NCBI RefSeq assembly: GCF_009914755.1 | Contig: NC_060927.1 | Length of the DNA stretch: 64,000 nt | DNA from: the human T2T-CHM13v2.0 reference genome, Homo sapiens | Direction: 5' to 3' (one strand) | Shown: positions 50,796-64,000 of the stretch, in pieces | Numbering within the stretch: position 1 is the first letter of the stretch | How the letters are laid out: each line of letters begins with the position of its first letter | Notes under the pieces: model-generated | What the model was told of the DNA's origin: nothing | Seen by the model: only the letters and a program-made list of their open reading frames with translations | The model's database searches: none | Program-made: the position numbers and the translations under genes

Positions 50796-51042
50796 CACAC
50801 TCAAGATTTGAAGGTTGTATTTATAAAGGCAGTGGGCATTGATATATAATTTAGGTCATCAAACAGCTTTGTTCCTTAATCAAAAGAACATCTTCATCAA
50901 TTAGTTTTACCAATTTGTTTGGTGTTAAGGCAGATCTTTTTGTATTATGTATACATGTATCACAAAAAATATTATCATATATACATAAATTTAAAAAAGC
51001 TAAACTTAAAAGACATATCATTCCTATCAAAACATACAAATG

Positions 51043-51340
51043 GGGCTGGGCGTGGCGGCTCATGCCTGTAATCCCAGCACTTTGGGAGGCCAAGGAGGGC
51101 GGATCACTTCAGGTCAGGAGTTCCAGACCAGCCTGGCCAACATGGCAAAATCCCACCTCTAAGGAGAATACAAAAATTAGCTGGGCGTGGTGGCACATGC
51201 CTGTAATCCGAACTACTGGGGGAGGCTAAGGAAGGAGAATCCTTTGAACCTAGGATGCAGAGGCTGCAGTCAGCCGGGATCGCAACACTGCATCCCAGCC
51301 TGGGCAACAGAGGCTCTGACTCCAAAAAAAAAAAAAAAAA
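51043..51340 (+). mobile_element. Alu (S-like)
   Basis: TSD acatacaaatggg. Confidence 0.92.
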
Positions 51341-52494
51341 GACATACAAATGGGTCATACGAAGTACAAATAAACAATTGTCTGATTTAAAGTAACTAAT
51401 ACATAGAAGATGACGAAATAATTAGCAAGAAGAGGCTGAGGATCTGAAATTTTCTGAATTCACAGCTGACGCCTATTAATGATTATAATACAACCACTCT
51501 CCATCCATTTGTTCTTCACAGTAAGATCTTTTTTAAAAATCACTTTTCTTCATTCTAAAAAAAATTACCACAGACAATACTTTAGGAGTGGGTACTTCAT
51601 CTCTACATCAACAAGGTTGAACATAGTGTACAATTAGAAATGAATATGCTGGCAGGAATCAAGAGTACAAATACGAAACAAAGTTTTTTGGACTGAGGAT
51701 AGCTCAAAGTAAATTTTACCTTGATTACTTTGCTATTATGTATGGAGAGAGCTATTGTTCTCAGAACCCACTCATCCATATACAACTAATGAAATACCAT
51801 GGAAATTTCCTTAAGAATGAGACTTGGCTCCAATGACTTCAAAAAGGCAAGTGAAAATTTTGTGGGGGAAGATGGAGGTTAGGAGAATTAGCCATTACTT
51901 CTGGACTAAACCAGTATGGAAATTTAGTGCATGAGCGCAATTAATTTTTGAGACTCCCTTGGACCCTACAAAAACATTAACCAATAAACGTTTTCCAGAA
52001 AGTGAATCATCGCTACTCCATTTCCCAAGAACTTTGGAGGGAAAAATTACATCAAATGCAATTACCAATTTTAATTTACTTTTTATGACTCACTAGATTT
52101 AAAGAAGGCAATAGTGAAACATCTACCAACAAAATGCAATTCTACAATTTGGTTAAATTCTATAATTTGGTTAAATGTAAGAATCATGCCTCAGCCAATA
52201 AATAACATACATCAAAAACAGTAAAATGTATACCTTTCCAGTCAAAGACGCACTTAGTATGTCAGTACCAACCAAATGTTGATAGTAAACATAATTTCTG
52301 AATGTCAAAATTCCCCAAGGATGAAAACATACTAAATATTTCTATATTTAATGAGGGGGGGGAACAGTTTTTGTTACTAACAGGTCAGGTCAAAAGCAGC
52401 TAACTTAAACCCTTAGATTATTCAAACTGGGTAGCAAGATTTTTCTTTTTTATAGTAGTAAAAGTACTCTACAACTACCTTCAAATTCCATCTC

Positions 52495-52680
52495 CACAAC
52501 TTAGCTGTGTGACCTGAAGCAAGTTACCTAACTTCTCAGTACTTTAGTCTCCTCATCTGTAAAATGGGAATAGTACCTACCACAAAACATTGTTGAGATT
52601 TAGTCAATGTATGTAAATTGCTTAGAACAATGCCCACAACTTATTAGGCACTATACAAGTGTTTGCCAATATTATTACTC
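52495..52680 (+). mobile_element. MIR
   Basis: agctgtgtgacctgaagcaagttacctaacttctc...ctcatctgtaaaatgggaata core. Confidence 0.8.
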
Positions 52681-54990
52681 AATTACAATGGCAGTTATTT
52701 TGGATGTCACACTACTGGGAAGACCAAAAAAAGAACTTTCTGAGTCAAGTTGTATTTGCATAGCAGTGACCTTTAAGGTATTAAAATATTTAAGTCCTAA
52801 TCTTAAATTTCACTGGAAAAGCACAGTCACAAGAAAAGGTCTACCATATTAAAATATGAATGCAACAGAACCTGCACTGTTTTTGAATTTTTTTTAATAA
52901 AGTTGAATTTATGTATTAAATTCTATCAGCAACCACTAACTTCTCTCAGCTTGAACAAGATAAAATTCATGGTGGTAAAATAGCTGCTTATTTAATTTTT
53001 TAAAGTTCTATTTAAATCGCTATTTTACTATTTGAACAGCTGGTGTTCAGGGTATAAATAATTACACAAGTTAAAAATTGCTCATTTTCACTAATCATGA
53101 CAAAGTCCACTGCGATATATTTTCCTCCCAACTTTTGTCTGTAAGTAAAAATGGAAAATACAAGTTTTACCCAAGAGGTACAAGACTATGGGGGACAACA
53201 GCTAGATTTATATTTCCTAATCCCTCAATTATTTCCACTTTTAGTGTGTTCAGCTGAAGTCTATTTTACAACAATCTCTGGATTTTATCTAATTTAAAAA
53301 AAACACACAAACACAGTGCCTTTCCAGTTCCTACTGCCTTCCCACATTTCAAACTAAATTTTGAAGAGTTTCTAGGCCAATCTTCTGGTCCTAACAAACA
53401 GTAAAAAAAAAAAAAAAAAAATCACGGTTTGTCCATATTCTTAGGCACTTAAACCTTAAAAATAGATTTCAAACGGCTTTTATCAAGCTGTGAAGAAAAA
53501 AAATAGTTCCACCTCCTACCTCATAACCAGAGCCCATTTGAATGTACTTCCTACCTATTCTCTACCAATTGATTACACTGGGAACTTTTCTCATACAGAC
53601 TATAATCATACATCTCAAATTTTAACTAAATACACGAAAAGAACTGAGTCTTGACCTTTAAAAGTATCTTTCTGAACCCTAAAATTACATTAACTCAAAA
53701 GATATTTCTAGAAACATTCCTCATGCTAATTTCCAAAGGTTAACTTCATCTTTGTCAACATGGTTTCTCACACCAAGTATTTTCTTGGCTTTGCCATCCA
53801 AACAAATGAACTTTATTTGTATTTTTCCAATAAAAGGCTCAAACAATTCCAGTAGTGCAAATGGAACTGGTGATGCTTATGGAAAGTCAGTATAATGCTA
53901 CAGCCAAGACTCTGTACCAGATGGATGGAAAAGATACGGGAAAAAAACAAATCCTATTTTTTTCCAAAGTAAATAATGAAAACCTAACCATACAGTAGGG
54001 CAAAAAGGAAGTTGTCTAAATTCAGAATATCCAAAATTTACTGGATAGTTAAAAAATAATACCCCAATAACAAAAAACGATACTAATTTTGACCTCCATT
54101 AGGAATTCTGACTCCATATTAACAATATGGCATTAAGATTTTTTAAAAGTACAAGTAATTAATGTAACTGTTTCCATATGGGTTCCAAAAACTAAGACTG
54201 GACTTTTTTTTAACCTGAAGTTCTACCATCTAGAAGACCAAGTTGGTGACTCTTGAGAATAAGGTAACTTCTCATTAGTTTTTTTCCATTGGGAAATTAC
54301 TGCTCCAAGAACCTACCTTTCCATTCTTTTCAAATATAAGAAAAACAATACTAAGTTCGAATTTAAAGAGAGAAAGACCTATTTAATCTAACGCTTCAAA
54401 AACAAGGGGGAAAAATCTACATGGAAATGAAGTGTGATGGAAAACAGCAGTGTGCATGGATCACATCTACTAATAGAGATTTCTAAATAAGGGAGGACGC
54501 TGACATCAAGCACATTTCAAGTAGACACACAGAACTGAAGAATTTCCACGGGGAGAAGCACTCATGGTCCTCAGAACATTGGCAATGGCCTTGGAGAAAG
54601 CCCCAGAATCCATGGCCACGGGCTATTTCCATAGCGAGACTTCTCAGAAGCATCCTTAGGAGGACACAACGGCTTCTCTGCTTTCAGGGGCTGGGAGGGA
54701 GGGGCGCCGAGCACCATCTTTCCTCTCTGGGAGCTGCAGCCTTACGGACAAGCTTCAAACCTGAGCTACTTCCAACTTCCGCGGGGAGGGGCAGCAGGGG
54801 AGCGTGGTTCCACCGCTTTCTCTCGCACCAAACGCGGCAGCTGGGCGGCCGTGGCGGTGAGGGGAGAGGCGGCCGGCGCTGCATGCGTGTTTACGTATCT
54901 CGGATGGGTGTGGGAAGAGGAGATAGAAAGATTCTAATGAAAAGATGGAGGGGAGAGAGAGAGGGGGTTGAGAAGAAGGGGAGGCACCAC

Positions 54991-55321
54991 CTTTCTTTTC
55001 TCTGCTCTTCCTGGGGATCTGAAAACTCCTCCTAACAGGCCTTTCGGGCTCTTCGGGGCCTCTGGGCAGGGCGGCCGCGCCCGCCTCAGAGGAGTCCTGA
55101 GGCTGCTCGTGGCTGAGGCTCTGGGCGGCCTCGGCCCCCGCGTTCTCCTCACGCCCAGCGCCGCCGCTGGGCTCAGCGATGTTGAGGCCGCCGCCGCCGC
55201 CATTTTGTGGGGAGGACTCAAGCTCCGGAAGCGCCTGCTTCATCTCGTCGTCTCCGCCGCCGCCACTTTCCCAACTCGCATCCGTCGGCTGACAGGCCTC
55301 CGTCTCCACAGCAGTCGCCAT
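54991..55321 (-). CDS. TASOR: TASOR coding exon 1 (MATAVETEAC...KSREKK, 331 nt)
   Basis: Recognised TASOR N-terminus; ATG in GCGATGG context inside the CpG island; donor AAAG|GTGGTG, phase 1. Confidence 0.96.
55196..55207 (-). promoter_or_regulatory. YY1 consensus site within coding exon 1
   Basis: CAAAATGGCGGC on the minus strand matches the YY1 motif, downstream of the promoter. Confidence 0.6.
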
Positions 55322-56564
55322 CGCGCCGGCCTAAGGAGCTCTGGGAAGCTTCTGCCCACAAGGTCGACGGGTGTGGGGGGAAGGGGCGGCGGGCCAGTCT
55401 CGCCGCCGAGCTGCTCTCAGCCCACCCACCCCCTTCCCCCCGTGGCCTCAGGCTGCGCTCCCGACCTGGCAGCCTCTTGGGGGGCCCTGTAGCGGGCACC
55501 CCAAATGCGCTGCCCGGTCCTCGGAGCCGCTCCTCCCTCGGGCAGTTCTTCTGCCTTCCCCCGCCACTCAACGTGCGCGCGTCGGGGCCGGGAGGGGGCG
55601 GGGCCACCGCGGGCCACTCCACCAATGGGAGCGCGGCACCCGCCTGCGCGAGTGCGGAAATACCGCGCCGGGGGGCGGAGTTTCGGGGCGCCCGAGCCCG
55701 CCAAAAGGGGCGACCGCAACGCCCCGCGAGGACCTCGACGCCGCAGCCGTGGCCTGCGGAATGCGTGGGCCCCTGGCGATCTTCGGGTTCCCGGGGATTC
55801 CCCCGCCGCGCTGCAGGCGAGGGAGACTAGCTTGGCCTCTTCTCCGGAGCGCAGGCGTCGCCCATTTGTGGGCAAAACCCTTCCTCTGCGCACGAGTTAT
55901 CTCGGCCCAAACGGGCTTCAGAGCAGTGGATGCGGGACGATCTCGGTTTTATGAACTATTTGCATGTGTACAAAAACCTGGAGAGGAGATAAAAGAATGG
56001 GCTAGGCGGTAATAGCCTAAAAGCCTCGACAGCCTTTGCGACCTGCTATTCTCACCGGATCTTGTATCTTTATGATAGATTACTCGCACCCGGCCTTCTC
56101 TTTTATCTCAGAGAGTGTGACCCAGTGTCACAGCTCCAGCAAGCACTTTCACCTGAGATCCTCTGATGGGACTTAACAACCTAGTGTTAACAGGATTTGG
56201 TTCTGGGGAGTTTGAGGGGAGGAGGCTGTTAACTTTTCCCATTTTTTTCCTTTAGTCGCACCCCCCCCCCCCCCACACGCCATGGAGACCGCACCTGGCC
56301 TCCATTTGTTCCCTTTCTATGGTTACTTCTGTTAAAAATCTGGCCACTGATAAACCTCTAACTCCACTGTTTCTTCCACTGGAACGTTCATCAACGTTTT
56401 CCTATAGTAAATGTATATTAAAGAAAAAATAAACTTGCGGTCACATTAAAAAATACACAGCAGGTCGTCGCTCTCCCATAAAGGGAACAACTTCATAGTT
56501 AAGAGCCCTTTACATAGTGGTTTCTACCTTATCAGTATAAACTATCACGGGTTATCGTGAGTAC

Positions 56565-56930
56565 AGCCAATATTTACTGAGTGCTTTCTACGTGCTAGAC
56601 ACGGACTGGACAAGTGATTTACGTGCATTGTCTCCATTTAATCCTCACAGCAACAGACATGAGGTAGATACTAGTTTGCAGAATTTGAAAGAAGCGTTGC
56701 AAGACACTGGACAAATTATGGTAACCGAAGATTTGAAACCGGGTCTATTTAACTCTCCGAGTAAGTACTTAAGCACTGCACTGACTGCTTCTCTAAGACC
56801 TAATTTTCACAGCAGCTGTGCACTTTTATTCATTTTATGGACGAAGCAACAGAGGGCTGACATTTTGTTGAGGGTCGCCAAGCAGCAGGATCAGGTTTGA
56901 GACCCAGATCTCTAGTCTCAAACTGTCTCC
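56565..56930 (-). mobile_element. MIR fragments
   Basis: atttactgagtgctttcta...tttaatcctcacagcaac...gaggtagat. Confidence 0.65.
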
Positions 56931-57162
56931 CAAGGAGTTTACAGACCAAATTATCATCATAATAAAGCCCCAGGCTTAAAGAGCATTCCTAAGGGCAACA
57001 CGAAAGTTGGATTCTTTTGTCCTCTAATAAACATTACCACTGTTTAACAGCTGATATTAAAAAAAAATCATGAATTGCCCAACCTATTCGAAACAATTTA
57101 GTAAATCATACGAAAGAGAGTGTAAATCCATTATTAGTAAATAGTTTAAAAACACATTTTTA

Positions 57163-57440
<278 letters not shown>

Positions 57441-57678
57441 ACACACACACACATTTTAAAATATGTTTAAATGAAAAACTGAGGTCTAGGTTGAGGGAAA
57501 AATACATTATTTTAAGAAAAAGTTTTTTAGTTGGGGGAAGGGCTTTACTTGATTTAAAAGAGAGTACAGAAGATCAGAAACTCACATTGCAGTCCCAAAT
57601 TGGTAACTTTCTTTTTTGTTGATTCATTGAAGGCATCCCTAAAAGCTCATTTTTATCAAATTCAAAAATAAGAATTGT

Positions 57679-58788
<1,110 letters not shown>

Positions 58789-59457
58789 TTATGCCTTACA
58801 AGGTATAAAAAAATTAGGAGTCTCTAAAATATAATTTTAAATACATATTCATTTATTGTAGATAGCAAAAAAATTTCAGTTCAGCTGGAGAACATTACTA
58901 ATGTTCACTATTAGAAATATTTTTTATGTATTGGGGACTAAGCACTGCTACCTACTAAGGATGTCATTTTGAAGCAAATGAACAGGGTTACCTTCTTCAA
59001 ATTTGCTGTTCAGTGGGGAATGCGTCTGAAACTAGGATGTATGGTGATGGCTAAGCTGAGACCTAAAGGTAAAGTAAGGAGTCAGAAACATGAGGGGCAG
59101 AAAAGGGGTATAAATTTGCTGAATCCCACCTATTTCAGGAAAACTAACACAGTGACATACAGAAGATACCCATCTAGGTATTCATATATGTTTATGTATA
59201 TAGATATCTTTGGGGGGGTGAGTACCACAGAGGCACATAGTTCTGAAGCACGAGCTACCAAAAGTTTATGCTTTTAAGTATAAAGCCTGTAGTTGTCTCC
59301 TGCTATCAGTAATGGGCAAAGCAGCAGCACAAGGAATATTAGAGAACAGTATAAAATAGTGTAAAATTAAATTTCCAGGGACCACAATTGCCTTTTAAAA
59401 TTTGGAAACATAAAAATAATCAATTTCAACTCCACAATTTAAAAATAGGAAAAGAGA

Positions 59458-60078
<621 letters not shown>

Positions 60079-60099
60079 TCAAGATCATATAGCAAGCTA

Positions 60100-60640
<541 letters not shown>

Positions 60641-60779
60641 ACAATATATTAAACTTCTCTTGAAACAAAATACAAAACTCAGTGCATTTTCCACTATGTC
60701 ATTTCATCTCCCTTCCTCAAACAGTACTTTAAAAGACAGGATATAAATAGCATAACTCAGCAATAACTATCAATATTAC

Positions 60780-61625
<846 letters not shown>

Positions 61626-61629
61626 GGTG

Positions 61630-62681
<1,052 letters not shown>

Positions 62682-62803
62682 AGTGCTTTGTATATTTTAA
62701 CTCATTTGATTTTCACAACAACGCTATGAGGTAAGTACTCACATTATTCCCATTTTTCTAATAAAGAAGCTCATTAGGTGCTAAGTGTTTAAAAAAAAAA
62801 ACT

Positions 62804-63152
<349 letters not shown>

Positions 63153-63377
63153 TTAGTATTTATATCAAAAAATGGGAAATACAGTGAAATATATACAAAT
63201 ATTTACATCTATTTGCATAAAACTTTACTGGAAGTCTACATAAGTAGCTAGCAATATTGATTGCCTATGGAAGGGGAACAGGGGCTAGAAGATAGAGATG
63301 GGAGAGACTTTTCCCTCTATGTCCTTTCATACTTTTCATGTAAAAGACAGGTTAAAAAAAAATATATATATATATAT

Positions 63378-63706
<329 letters not shown>

Positions 63707-64000
63707 TAGGAGGCTTTTTGTTTTTTAACATTTTCATTTAAAGACAGTAGTAAAGATAATAAAGTCCAGTCAACAAAAAAGTACCACTAACATCTAATTC
63801 ATAGAACTTTAAGGATCTTAATTAGTTTGATTCATTTTATGGATGAAGAAAATATTACAAGGTTACAACTCCACTGTCCATTCAGATGCATTAAAAAATG
63901 TGAAATTGTCATTCCCTCCATATATTGAGCAACAATAATTCTACTTCCAAGGAGTCATCCTCTTTCCCCAAAGGGTTTTTCTGGTTACTCATTGAGCAAA

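Larger units (their letters stand above)
54700..56100. promoter_or_regulatory. TASOR: CpG island / TASOR promoter and 5' UTR
   Basis: Sharp rise in GC and CpG; GC boxes at 55595-55603 and 55672-55680, CCAAT at 55622-55626, ETS-like GCGGAAAT at 55654-55661; no TATA box. Confidence 0.9.

Noticed and set aside
54968-56012. Long overlapping ORFs on both strands (up to 213 aa) in the promoter
   Set aside because: Stop-codon scarcity in the GC-rich CpG island; low-complexity R/P/G/A composition and no recognisable domain

Overview
Alu-rich human (primate) genomic DNA containing the 5' part of TASOR (FAM208A/C3orf63), the core scaffold of the HUSH silencing complex, on the minus strand. I reconstructed coding exons 1-19 and the start of exon 20 by hand. 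All introns are GT-AG and the frame is continuous from the ATG at 55321 to the window edge (about 1312 codons). The gene starts in a CpG-island promoter (~54700-56100). The rest (56100-64000) is upstream intergenic DNA of Alu, MIR, L1 and MLT1 debris. Most ORFs in the track are Alu or GC-content artefacts. The haplotype encodes Pro38 and Arg1046, which I recall as the non-reference alleles. I see no firm evidence for a new gene system. The best leads are in splicing: a candidate 41-nt exon that could be mutually exclusive with the 32-nt exon 8, candidate poison exons, an SPE(D/E)QL motif whose copy number can change in frame, a perfect 24-bp hairpin in intron 18, and inverted Alus around exons 2-11. 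Repeat boundaries and subfamily calls are by eye and approximate.
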